In this document: positions 8,989 to 18,759 of the stretch, piece after piece | Numbering within the stretch: the first letter of the stretch is position 1 | Layout: each line of letters starts with the position of its first letter | NCBI RefSeq assembly: GCF_900232105.1 | Contig: NZ_LT934425.1 | Location: forward strand, 870,001 to 902,000 | Source: Candidatus Kuenenia stuttgartensis | Lineage (GTDB): Bacteria > Planctomycetota > Brocadiia > Brocadiales > Brocadiaceae | Direction of reading: 5' to 3' | Length of the DNA: 32,000 bases | Notes under the pieces: generated by a model | Told to the model about the DNA's origin: nothing | Seen by the model: only the letters and a program-made list of their open reading frames with translations | Database searches by the model: none | Made by a program: the position numbers and the translations under genes

Positions 8989-10071
8989 TTGATGAATAAT
9001 AACTTATTAAAAAGATTGGAAGATATGCAAAAACGGTATAACGAGCTGGAAAACTTGCTGGCCGACCCGCAGGTTATAGCTGATTCCGGCCGTTATATGT
9101 CACTCATGAAAGAACACGGATGCCTTTCCAAAATAGTTCATAAATATGCCCAGTTGACAAAAACCTACATAAGAAAACAGGATGCGGAAAACCTGTTATC
9201 TGACGGGGAATTTGCAGATATGGCACGCATGGAACTGGATGAACTGGAAGGCCATGAAAAGGCAATTATGGATGAAATCAAGGAATTATTTATTGCCGAA
9301 GACAAAACCGCCAATAAAAACGTTATTGCTGAAATCAGGGCGGGAACCGGGGGAGAAGAGGCAGCCATTTTTGCGGCGGATCTGTTTCGCATGTATATTA
9401 AATATGCTGAAAGTCAAAATTGGAAAACAGAACTGTTTGATTACAACGAAACTGATTTAGGTGGTTTCAAAGAGGTCACCTTTTCCATAGAAGGTCGTAA
9501 TGTTTACCAGAAATTACGTTTTGAAAGCGGCACACATCGTGTTCAGCGGGTACCGCAAACGGAAGCAAGCGGCAGGGTTCATACTTCAACAGCAACGGTA
9601 GCCATCCTTCCTGAAGTTGAAGAGGTAGAAATTGACATTAATCCGGCAGATATCCTGATAGAAACATTCCGTGCCTCCGGACCAGGGGGGCAAAAGGTAA
9701 ATAAGACGAGTTCCGCCGTCAGGATTACCCATATCTCCACCGGTATTGTTGTAAAATGTCTCGATGAAAAATCACAGCATAAAAACAAGGCAAAAGCAAT
9801 GCGCATACTACGAAGCCGCTTGCATGAATCGATTGAAGAAAAAAACCAGCTTGAACGGGATCAAGTAAGGAGAATTCAGATAGGAACTGGCGACCGTAGC
9901 GAAAAAATTCGTACGTATAATTATTCGCAAAACAGGGTCACCGATCACCGGATAAATTTTTCCGTGTATAATCTTGAACATGTCATGCTGGGATATTTGG
10001 ACGAAATTATTGCTGCCCTTGCTAACCACTACCGGGAAGATCAATTAAAACAGTTGATCACAAGTACATAA
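8989..10071 (+). CDS. prfA: Peptide chain release factor 1
   Basis: 360 aa; RVQRVPQTEASGRVHTSTATVAILPE (PxT codon-recognition motif, here PQT) and GPGGQKVNKTSSAVRITH (GGQ). Confidence 0.95.
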   Translation: MMNNNLLKRLEDMQKRYNELENLLADPQVIADSGRYMSLMKEHGCLSKIVHKYAQLTKTYIRKQDAENLLSDGEFADMARMELDELEGHEKAIMDEIKELFIAEDKTANKNVIAEIRAGTGGEEAAIFAADLFRMYIKYAESQNWKTELFDYNETDLGGFKEVTFSIEGRNVYQKLRFESGTHRVQRVPQTEASGRVHTSTATVAILPEVEEVEIDINPADILIETFRASGPGGQKVNKTSSAVRITHISTGIVVKCLDEKSQHKNKAKAMRILRSRLHESIEEKNQLERDQVRRIQIGTGDRSEKIRTYNYSQNRVTDHRINFSVYNLEHVMLGYLDEIIAALANHYREDQLKQLITST

Positions 10072-10207
10072 CCACGTTAAAAATATCCCGGAAAATAGAG
10101 GGTTCACCTTAATACCTTTTTTAATAACAATTTAGTTTTTTGATAAATCCGCCCATGCGTTAATCCGTTGCTTCCGCATGGGGAATAGTTGAGAGGTATT
10201 TTCTCAC

Positions 10208-11179
10208 GTGAAACCTTCTTTTCCTTTTGTTTCAAATCCCAATGACAAAAGTACTAAAGTAGAAAACAAGACGTCCACAACTAAAAACACTGTCGGAAAT
10301 ATCATTCAATGGGCAACAAGGGAATTGCAACGTTCCGGCATTGATACTCCCCGTTTGGACGCAGAGGTTATACTGTCACATCTGCTGAACTGTGATCGCA
10401 TACAATTTCATACACACCCCGACAAACCCGTACAACGCATAATAGCATCACGCTATAAAAAGGCCGTTCAGAGAAGAGCCAAAAGGGTACCGCTCCAATA
10501 CATTACCAACCATGCAGAATTTATGTCCTCAGACTTTTATGTTGACGAAAGGGTACTTATACCGCGTCCGGAAACGGAATTACTAGTGGAAGCGGTTATT
10601 AAAAAGGCAAAAAGTTTCATCCATGAAAATGAAATTGTAATCATTGACATCGGTGTTGGAAGTGGGAATATTGCAATTTCCCTTGCAAAAAATATAAGCA
10701 CTGCGGGAATAATGGCAATAGACATTTCCCCCGAGGCGTTGGATGTCGCCAAAATGAACACACAAAAACACCATTTGCAGGAGAAAATTACGTTTCTCTG
10801 CGGCAATGTATATGAGCCGTTACAATCATGCAGCATCAAAACAAAGGCACATTTCATCGTATCAAACCCCCCCTATATAGCTTCCACCGAATTATCTGAG
10901 CTGCAACAGGAAGTAAGGGATTATGAACCGTACACCGCTCTTATCAGCGGCAATAGTGGTTTGGAAATGTTTGAACGTATCCTGGCAGAAGCAAATTCGT
11001 GGCTAAGGCCGGCAGGTTTTCTCCTTTTGGAAGTAGCCGAAAAACAAGCGCGTCAGGTCATAAAAATGATAAAAAATACAAACATCTTTACATCGATACA
11101 GCGCATAAAAGATTACCAGAACATATCACGCATCATCATTGCACAAAGGGAGGGCAACATTGGACAAGATCGTAATTGA
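10208..11179 (+). CDS. prmC: Release factor glutamine methyltransferase
   Basis: PRLDAEVILSHLL, VLIPRPETELLVE, DIGVGSGNIAISLA, IVSNPPYIAS; follows prfA. Confidence 0.93.
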   Translation: MKPSFPFVSNPNDKSTKVENKTSTTKNTVGNIIQWATRELQRSGIDTPRLDAEVILSHLLNCDRIQFHTHPDKPVQRIIASRYKKAVQRRAKRVPLQYITNHAEFMSSDFYVDERVLIPRPETELLVEAVIKKAKSFIHENEIVIIDIGVGSGNIAISLAKNISTAGIMAIDISPEALDVAKMNTQKHHLQEKITFLCGNVYEPLQSCSIKTKAHFIVSNPPYIASTELSELQQEVRDYEPYTALISGNSGLEMFERILAEANSWLRPAGFLLLEVAEKQARQVIKMIKNTNIFTSIQRIKDYQNISRIIIAQREGNIGQDRN

Positions 11180-12434
11180 AGGTGGACATCGTTTGGAAGG
11201 AAAAGTACGCATAAATGGCGCAAAAAATGCAGCATTACCTATTATGGCTGCATGTTTATTACTCCATGGCCCCTCGCGTATAAAAGGAATACCCAATATT
11301 GTCGATATTCAGACGCAGATAAAAATATTGAAAAATCTTGGGGGAGATATCCGGCACATCGAAGACGGTTCTCTTGGAATAATATTTCGGGATGGCGAGC
11401 ATAAAGAAAAGATTACAGCGCCTTACGATTTGGTAAGAAAAATGAGGGCGTCCGTCTGTGTTCTGGGCCCACTACTCAGTAAACGTGGCAATGCAAAGGT
11501 TTCATATCCTGGAGGATGTGTTATCGGGCAACGTCCTATAGATTTACATTTGAAAGGACTTAAGGCATTAGGCGCCAGGATTGAAACGGATGAAGGATAT
11601 GTAATCGCCTCAGCAGGCACACTGAAAGGCACACGTATTTCTTTAAAAGGGCAATACGGCACGACGGTACTGGGGACATGCAATGTTATGACTGCTGCTG
11701 TATTGGCAGAAGGCACAACGATCATTGAAGATGCAGCTTGCGAACCTGAAGTGCAGGATCTTGCTTATTTCCTTAACAAAGCCGGCGCTAAGATTTCCGG
11801 CATAGGAGGCAGCATACTCACCATTGAAGGCGTTAAGGAATTGCACGGTGTGGACTATGAAATCATACCTGATAGAATAGAGGCAGGAACATTTATGATT
11901 GCCGGGGCGATAACGAAAGGAGAAATTACGCTGGAGAATGTCAGGAACGATCACCTTGTCGCAACAATCGAAAAATTGCGCGAAATAGGCGTGGAAGTAA
12001 CTGCAAATGGCAATACCGCCGTGGTGAAAAGCAATAATACCTACCGGCCCGCCAATATAACAACGATGCCATATCCATGCCTGCCCACCGATATGCAGGC
12101 ACAATTTATGGCCTTGCTTTGTACAATATCAGGGAAAAGTGTAATTGCCGAAAAAATATTCCCAGACAGATTTATCCACTCCGCGGAATTAAGAAGAATG
12201 GGGGCAGATATTCGGGTAGACGTCCCGTATGCCACAATAAACGGGTCCCCTTTTCTTTCGGGTACTCACGTCATGGTTTCTGACCTCCGTGCCGGCGCCG
12301 GGCTAGTGCTTGCAGGTCTTGTGGCAAAAGGCACAACCCACATCCACCGTATCTACCATTTGGACAGGGGATATGAACAGATCGAAAAACGTCTGTCTCA
12401 ACTCGGCGCTCATATAACACGGGTAAGCGAGTAA
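11161..12434 (+). CDS. murA: UDP-N-acetylglucosamine 1-carboxyvinyltransferase
   Basis: LDKIVIEGGHRLEGKVRINGAKNAALPIMAA, VRKMRAS, PGGCVIGQRPIDLHLKGL (catalytic Cys), DLRAGAGLVLAGLVAKG. The track ORF opens at 11139; the TTG at 11161 is the more natural start, overlapping the prmC end. Confidence 0.95.
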
Positions 12435-12485
12435 AACATTTCCGGCGCTTTGTTGTTAGACTGCAACGAGAATAAAACATTTTCC

Positions 12486-12517
12486 TTGTAGTAGCAAGGC
12501 GCACCTTGCCACTACAA
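12486..12517. repeat. Short palindromic hairpin element downstream of murA
   Basis: TTGTAGTAGCAAGG-CGCA-CCTTGCCACTACAA; 14-nt arms, 13/14 complementary, 4-nt loop. Confidence 0.7.
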
Positions 12518-12699
12518 ATCATACCCCTATAGGTAGATTCTTTTTCAAAAAACTAAAATATTACTACAATTGTGTTCTCAAAACAGTAGCTTGAGAACAA
12601 GAATGGAGAATCTACAAATATTTGGGAATGCTCCCGCTCTTTCGGGTACTCACGTCATGGTTTCTGACCTCCTTTGAAATAGTTTAAGTATAGCTTATT

Positions 12700-13026
12700 T
12701 CAATAAGAGAAATTCCATTTCCGTATGAAGCAAAACACCACCAAGATCAAATCGGCAAATAGCCTGACGGCGCTATTTGCGATGTTTAGAGCAACAAAAA
12801 AAGTACCCGCTTCTGCTTCTTCAGTAAAAAACACCTCCAACCACGGTTTCAATAAATACTTAGAGAAGAAATAGAGAAGAAAACCGGCGGCTGCAATATA
12901 AAAAATATTTTTGCCCCATAAAACATAATCCCTGATTCTCATCAAAGAATCTTTCTTTGAGCCTTTTGCATCACAAAAGCCAAAAGCAATGTCGCCTATT
13001 TTGTCTCTGACAGTAGCAGAATTCAT
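12700..13026 (-). CDS. Hypothetical small membrane protein
   Basis: 108 aa with hydrophobic stretches (IFYIAAAGFLLYFFS, LFADLILVVFCFI); no family recognised. Confidence 0.5.
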   Translation of the reverse strand: MNSATVRDKIGDIAFGFCDAKGSKKDSLMRIRDYVLWGKNIFYIAAAGFLLYFFSKYLLKPWLEVFFTEEAEAGTFFVALNIANSAVRLFADLILVVFCFIRKWNFSY

Positions 13027-13140
13027 AAGAAGATATGCGGCTAAAAAAAGGATTATAATTAAAACATCACCGCATATATCCGGCAGGCTGGGTGTATGGA
13101 ATTCAAAATGATGGCCATGTCTCCTCCAAATTGTAAAACA

Positions 13141-13641
13141 TTAAAAAGAATAAGTATCCGTCTTTATGCGTAACTTCTCCTCCCTTCCGTTCTTTGCCAG
13201 CCTCTGTCCTGCCTTTACCACCACATCATTAATCTTGCCCAACGTCTCCTCATCGAGCAATCTTACGTTATCCCTGATGCTTTGCAGCGAATACTTCTTA
13301 CCCCTCCCAAATACGGCATCTACTCCCATTATCTGGCGAATCAGACTATGGTGATTCACCATATCTTCCAACCTGTCATAATCCGCATCTAATCCCAATC
13401 TCACCACTCCTATTACCATTATCTGCCATAACTCCATCCCATTACGCCCTGTCTCTTTCTTCCCACACTTTACCTTTGCTTCCAATACCCTGAATACTTC
13501 CTCTCGTAATTCCTCTGTAACAAATATGTATTGTAATGCCCTCAATATCGGCGCTAACTCATCCCTGCTCTTTTCGGGAATTTCTACCTCTGATATTGGT
13601 GTGCTTCCAAGTCTCCTTTGCGGCTCGAATCTTTTTCTCAT
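13141..13641 (-). pseudogene. Truncated transposase, N-terminal part (ISNCY-like)
   Basis: MRKRFEPQRRLGSTPISEVEIP...MELWQIMVIGVVRLGLDADYDRLEDMVNHHSLIRQIMG...YSLQSIRDNVRLLDEETLGKINDVVVKAGQ resembles the N-terminal region of ISNCY-type transposases; ends abruptly at KTDTYSF* with no DDE core. The track ORF is open from 13710. Confidence 0.65.
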
Positions 13642-13825
13642 GGCGTGGCAGTTCTCCTTTTGATGACTCTGTTTTTCTGATGTTTTGGGCGAATGTTTGT
13701 CTCTTTTCACCCCTTGGTACCCTCGCTTCCCTTATTCTACGCCCTAAGTTTAACATCTACTCACTATACTTTCAACCCTTCATGCAGACACGGCAACGTC
13801 AAAGTCACCCTACGAAAGACGCGGA

Positions 13826-14446
13826 TCAAGAATTTGTGCCAAAAGCTCCCGTCAATAGTTGTTTTTGGACTTGTGCTTTCAATGAGCGAACAAAGACCAT
13901 CTTTGGCTTATTGTGCAGAAGATAGCCTTGTGATGATCTGGCAAAACCGGTTGAATGTCCTAAAAAAATCCATCCTGCGGCCTTATAGCAGACGCCTTTA
14001 AAAAAACGAGGATCGACAAAGGTCTCCACAAGCCAGATTGGATGCCCATAGACCTTAGTCCAGTCTTGTGATAAGCGTTTAAGGTTAAGAGAAAGAATAC
14101 GGGAGGCAAGGTTTGGTACGTGTATCTGAGGAAGGATCAGGAAACGTGAGTTGTTTGCTATGAGTTTCAGTCGTTGCGATTTTAAAAATGGCGGCCATCC
14201 AATCCACTTATCGCGAACGGTACATTTTAATGCTGCGGCAGCCCAGCCGATCAAGGCAAGCCATTGTCCCTGTGATTCTGCTACATAGCGAATTGATTCT
14301 CCTACGAGAGAATGAAATACAAGGTAATGATGCTGGCGCATCAGTATGTCCCAATTTGCCTGGTCGTTTTGTGAAACAGGACGAACGGTAATTGAACAAA
14401 GTAGTTCATTGTGTGTGTTATCGATTGGTGTTGTATGCTGGTTCAT
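13826..14446 (-). CDS. Stand-alone DUF4338 / DruA-like protein
   Basis: 206 aa; RDKWIGWPPFLKSQRLKLIANNSRFLILPQIHVPNLASRILSLNLKRLSQDW...YGHPIWLVETFVDPRFFKGVCYKAAGWIFLGHSTGFAR matches the DUF4338 signature as I know it. Confidence 0.75.
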   Translation of the reverse strand: MNQHTTPIDNTHNELLCSITVRPVSQNDQANWDILMRQHHYLVFHSLVGESIRYVAESQGQWLALIGWAAAALKCTVRDKWIGWPPFLKSQRLKLIANNSRFLILPQIHVPNLASRILSLNLKRLSQDWTKVYGHPIWLVETFVDPRFFKGVCYKAAGWIFLGHSTGFARSSQGYLLHNKPKMVFVRSLKAQVQKQLLTGAFGTNS

Positions 14447-14545
14447 GCCCTATAATATAAAATATTTTAGGGGGAATGTCCACGTTTTTTTACATATCTT
14501 TGTATATTATGCGCTTATGGAAAACTTTGACAGCGCCGTGACATT

Positions 14546-15556
14546 ATGGGCCATTCCTGTCAGGTTGTTTCTCTTTTAGCTGAAGCCGGGAAAAGTTGTT
14601 TTGCTATTCCACTGGTGAGCAGAATTCATAAAGGCGTTGTCTTTTCAAACAGAGACCAAAGAACCTTACTCGACAAAATGGTTTTATTGATTAATTCTCT
14701 GGAGCTGAAAGAATTGTTCTACTTTATTGCAGACGCCTATTACGCATCCCATGCTATTATTAATGGCGTAGTTGCCCGGGGCAGCCACTTGATTAGCAGG
14801 GTAAGGAGTAATGCCGTTGCATACTTTCCCGTGGAACCGACTCCTGAAAAGAAAGGACGTGGACGACCCAAAAAATATGGTATGAAAGTAAAATTAAAAA
14901 CATTGTTGAATGATCGCGCATCAATGAAGGAGGCGGAAAGTCCGGTTTATGGAGAGCAAGGCATAAAAATAAATTATAGAACCCTTGATCTGCTTTGGAA
15001 ACCCGTGGGTATTCTTATTCGATTTGTATTGGTGGATCACCCTCAAAGAGGGAAAATTATTTTAATGAGTACGGATTTAACTATTAATGCAATGGAAATT
15101 ATCTGCCTGTATGGATTGCGTTTCAAAATCGAAGTGTCTTTCAAACAGGCGCTTAGAACCTTGGGCGCATATGCCTACCATTTTTGGATGAGAAATATGC
15201 AGCCAATTAAAAGACGTTCCGGCAATCAACATGTTCACAAAAGAAGCTCTGAATACAGAAATGCAGTTCGCAGAAAACTTGCAGCCTATCACAGACATAT
15301 ACAGGCCGGCGTTATTGCACAGGGGCTTTTGCAATATATTTCTTCAGCATTTCCATCGCTTGTTTGGAATTCCTTCGGGTCATGGTTGCGGACTATGAGG
15401 CCGGGAATTTGTCCTTCAGAACAAGTGACGGCCATTGCAATGAGAAATTGCCTTCCTGAATTTCTCGTGGATTCATCTCAAAAGTCAATCCTTACAAAAT
15501 TTATTCTTGAACGAATCGATTTTTCCAGGGCAGAAGGGGCTCGATTGGTCGCATAG
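14546..15556 (+). pseudogene. IS4-like DDE transposase, 5'-truncated
   Basis: GHSCQVVSLLAEAG, YFIADAYYAS (second Asp region), LRFKIEVSFKQALRTLGAYAYHFWM (Glu region). It starts mid-domain, and an in-frame TGA lies 18 nt upstream of the ATG (14528-14530), so the N-terminal domain with the first catalytic Asp is missing. Confidence 0.7.
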
Positions 15557-15935
15557 TTGCTTTTACTACACTTTTTAACTATTTTATTTTCACTCACAAG
15601 GTATTTTTACTCGTGAGAATGGGATTAGTGCCTACTGTAAAATACGGTACTCTCAAGTTATATATTTTATTATGCTATTAAAAATTAAATGTCAACAGTA
15701 AAAAAAACTGAATGTATAGATCGAATCTTCGTTACGTATTTTATTAGTTGAAAGTGTTGCTAAAAAAGCGGAAAAATGTATTGGATATGTGAAAAGTTGT
15801 GTGCATTTTAATGATTTCAGCGATCGCTCCAGGTCAGAATTGTCTGTTTGCTGTGCCATAAAATACAGCGAAACAGGGGGAAACTTCCCGGATTAATTTT
15901 TGAAATATGGGAAGTGTTCCCCTATTTACTCCAAT

Positions 15936-16499
15936 TTACTCGGGGATAAAAAGCCGGGCAGCCTCTAAAAGATCTTTCACTACGTAGTCTGCCCCAAAGG
16001 GCGCATCCGGGTCAGCTTCCTGTTCATGATTTGGATTTATAATGAGCGCCGATTTACAACCGGCTTCTTTGCCAGCAAGAATATCCGCAGGGGAATCACC
16101 AATCATTATTGATTGCGACAGGTCGATATTGTATTGTTGTGCAGCATCAAATAACATCTTAGGCCGTGGTTTTCTGCAATCGCAATGCATCCTGTATTGT
16201 TCGACTACGCCTTCTGCATGATGCGGACAATAATAGAAGGCATCAACCTCAGCCTTTTCTATGATTAATATTTTTTTCAGTTTTTCATGGGTTTGTATTA
16301 AAGATTGTTCGTCAAAATATCCCCTGGCAATACCTGATTGATTTGTTACAACAATAATCAGATAATCATGATCCTTGAAAAGGCGTATGCCTTCAACCGC
16401 ATGGGGTAATAATTTCAACTGTTCCGGTGAACTTAAATAGGGCGTGTGGACAACTATGGTGCCGTCCCGATCAAGAAATGCGGCTCTTTTCTTTTTCAT
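15936..16499 (-). CDS. gmhB: D-glycero-D-manno-heptose 1,7-bisphosphate 7-phosphatase (HAD family)
   Basis: AAFLDRDGTIV, VVTNQSGIARGYF, CRKPRPKMLFDAA, IGDSPADILAGKEAGC; cysteine/histidine metal site YYCPHH...CDCRKP; next to gmhA. Confidence 0.9.
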   Translation of the reverse strand: MKKKRAAFLDRDGTIVVHTPYLSSPEQLKLLPHAVEGIRLFKDHDYLIIVVTNQSGIARGYFDEQSLIQTHEKLKKILIIEKAEVDAFYYCPHHAEGVVEQYRMHCDCRKPRPKMLFDAAQQYNIDLSQSIMIGDSPADILAGKEAGCKSALIINPNHEQEADPDAPFGADYVVKDLLEAARLFIPE

Positions 16500-17095
16500 T
16501 CAGGAACATGTCCAAAAATGTCTTTCTCGATAAGAGAACACAAAATATGCCCGATGGTAATATGGCATTCCTGTATCCTTGGCGTGTTTGAGGAAGGTAC
16601 TTTTATGCAAAAATCTACCTCATTTTTTAAGAGACCCCCACCCATTCCGGTAAAACCCACGGTTATTGCTTTTAAGTCCCGGGCAATTTTGACCGCATTC
16701 AGTATATTTTTTGAGTTTCCGCTTGTAGTAAATGCCAGAACAATATCTCCCGCCTTTACCAGCGCCTCTACCTGTCTGGAGAAACACAAGTCATAGCCAA
16801 AATCATTTGCAATTGCGGTCATTACAGAACTATCCGTTGTTATGGCGATTGCCGGAAGGGGCCGCCGGTTCATTTTGAACCGGCCTATCATTTCTCCCGC
16901 TATATGCTGCGCATCTGCTGCGCTCCCGCCATTTCCCATCAAGTACATAAAGTTGTTATTTTTAAACGCCCTGACGATAACATCGGCAACGTCTCTGACA
17001 ATCTCAACGTGGGTTGACAATAGTTTTTTTATTGTATCGATACTCTCTTGTAATTGGTATTCAATATCATTCATAAATAGTTCTTGTGTTTTCAT
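16496..17095 (-). CDS. gmhA: Phosphoheptose isomerase (SIS domain)
   Basis: YLMGNGGSAADAQHIAGEMIGRF, VLAFTTSGNSKNIL, FTGMGGG. Confidence 0.93.
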   Translation of the reverse strand: MKTQELFMNDIEYQLQESIDTIKKLLSTHVEIVRDVADVIVRAFKNNNFMYLMGNGGSAADAQHIAGEMIGRFKMNRRPLPAIAITTDSSVMTAIANDFGYDLCFSRQVEALVKAGDIVLAFTTSGNSKNILNAVKIARDLKAITVGFTGMGGGLLKNEVDFCIKVPSSNTPRIQECHITIGHILCSLIEKDIFGHVPE

Positions 17096-17142
17096 ATAAA
17101 TCAGGCTGCCTTTGGCAGCGTTTATTCAGTTGTTGATGCTAA

Positions 17143-17171
17143 TGTAGAGACGCATGCAATGCGTCTCTACA
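17143..17171. repeat. Perfect palindromic hairpin element between gmhA and hldE
   Basis: TGTAGAGACGCAT-GCA-ATGCGTCTCTACA: 13-bp perfect stem, 3-nt loop. Confidence 0.85.
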
Positions 17172-17198
17172 AAAAAGTAAGGTATAACTGCCTGTTTT

Positions 17199-18722
17199 TT
17201 AATGCGTCTGTGTGATTACGCCCTGTAACAATTCATCCCGGGTATGCTTATTAATGATTCTTGAGACAATGTTGGTGGTTGAAATTCCTTCCACTAAAGG
17301 AGCCAATACTACCTTGCCTCCGTAGGACTCCACAAACTCCTGCCCCACTACCCCTGCATCTTTCCAGTCTTCGCCTTTTACTAATATTTCAGGTTTTAAG
17401 GACGTAATAATGCTCATAGGTGTTAACTCATCGAACAACACCACGTACGAGACGTCTTCTAATGCCGCAAGCATTTTTGCACGCTCGTCCTGAGAAACAA
17501 TAGGACGGTTAGGCCCCTTCAGTTTTTTTATTGAACTGTCCGTGTTCAGCCCAACCACCAGCAAATCGCCCTGTTTTCTTGCAAACTTAAGATACTCTAT
17601 ATGACCAACATGCAAAATATCAAAACAACCATTTGTAAAAACAACCTTGTCATTTCTCCTTCGGTGTTCTTTTAAAATATTTTCAAGCATTTCAACGGTT
17701 TTAATTTTCCCGGATTTCTGATTCCCTTCGCTTGCAAGTTCATTAAGTATTTCGTCTTTACTTACCGGAACAACGCCAATTTTCCCGACTTCAATTCCTG
17801 CCGCGATATTTGCCAGCAATGTGGCTTCCTCAAAACTATAACCCTCCCCGAGCACCAGGCCAAACATGCTAAGCACCATATCGCCGGCGCCGGTTACATC
17901 ATACACCGCTTTTGGAGTAGTAGGGAATACCCTTCCTTCGCCTTTTTTATGATAAAGAAACATGCCTTCTCTGTCTATAGTGATAACGCAATACTCCAAT
18001 TCCAGGTCAGAGACAAATTTACCCGCAGCCCTATGCAAACTCTCACTGTCGGTAATTTTGATTCCGGTAGCACATTCTGTCTCATGCCTGTTTGGAGTAA
18101 CGGCGGTAACCCCTCTATAGCAGGAGTAATCTCCCGAAAGTTTTGGATCTGCAATTACTACTTTTTTGTGTTCCCGGCAAAGATGAATTATAGCCTTCAG
18201 TAGCGAATCAGAAAGCAAACCCTTGTTCATATCCGATATCAGGACAGTATCACAGTCCTTTATCTTTTCGCTCAGATAACCATTTAATTGTTGTTCTTTC
18301 TCTTTGGAAATGTAGTGGGTTTTTTCATAATCAACACGTAATAATTGTTGTATGCCTTTTCCTGCAGTTTGTAGATGTCCCATTAAACGCATCTTCATTG
18401 TTGTTGGACGGCTATTGTCAACAATGACCCCGTCAACGTCACATTTCATATTTTTAAGTATTTGCAAAAGAATAGTGCCATACGAATCATCTCCAATAAC
18501 TCCGCACGCAAGCACCTGTGCCCCTAACATTTTTAAATTTGCAATAACGCTCCCCGCGCCGCCGGGCCGTATATCTTCTGAAGAAACGTTAATTACAGGT
18601 ATAGGCGCCTCCTGTGATATGCGCCTGACCTCACCCCAAACATACTTATCAAGCATCAAATCCCCGATAACCAGGATTTTCGGGGATCCCAAATGTGAAA
18701 CGATATGAAAAAGCTTATCCAT
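17199..18722 (-). CDS. hldE: Bifunctional heptose 7-phosphate kinase / heptose 1-phosphate adenylyltransferase
   Basis: 507 aa; PfkB kinase domain (VIGDLMLDKYVWGEV, VTGAGDMVLSM) plus nucleotidyltransferase domain (FTNGCFDILHVGHIEYL). Confidence 0.95.
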   Translation of the reverse strand: MDKLFHIVSHLGSPKILVIGDLMLDKYVWGEVRRISQEAPIPVINVSSEDIRPGGAGSVIANLKMLGAQVLACGVIGDDSYGTILLQILKNMKCDVDGVIVDNSRPTTMKMRLMGHLQTAGKGIQQLLRVDYEKTHYISKEKEQQLNGYLSEKIKDCDTVLISDMNKGLLSDSLLKAIIHLCREHKKVVIADPKLSGDYSCYRGVTAVTPNRHETECATGIKITDSESLHRAAGKFVSDLELEYCVITIDREGMFLYHKKGEGRVFPTTPKAVYDVTGAGDMVLSMFGLVLGEGYSFEEATLLANIAAGIEVGKIGVVPVSKDEILNELASEGNQKSGKIKTVEMLENILKEHRRRNDKVVFTNGCFDILHVGHIEYLKFARKQGDLLVVGLNTDSSIKKLKGPNRPIVSQDERAKMLAALEDVSYVVLFDELTPMSIITSLKPEILVKGEDWKDAGVVGQEFVESYGGKVVLAPLVEGISTTNIVSRIINKHTRDELLQGVITQTH

Positions 18723-18759
18723 AATATATTTAAAACTCCGGCAAAATACACGTTATATA

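Noticed and set aside
8989-10071. Unusual PQT instead of PAT in RF1
   Set aside because: Known RF1 proteins tolerate variation at the middle position of the PxT motif, so this is not evidence of altered stop-codon recognition.
13826-14446. Possible Druantia defence system based on the DruA-like protein
   Set aside because: No DruB-E, helicase or methyltransferase genes nearby; neighbours are broken transposases. Kept only as a DUF4338/mobile-element observation.
15600-15930. AT-rich region between the transposase remnant and gmhB, searched for tRNA or structured RNA
   Set aside because: No cloverleaf, strong hairpin or conserved RNA motif could be recognised by eye; the CTCAC...GTGAG pair near 15590-15615 is too short.
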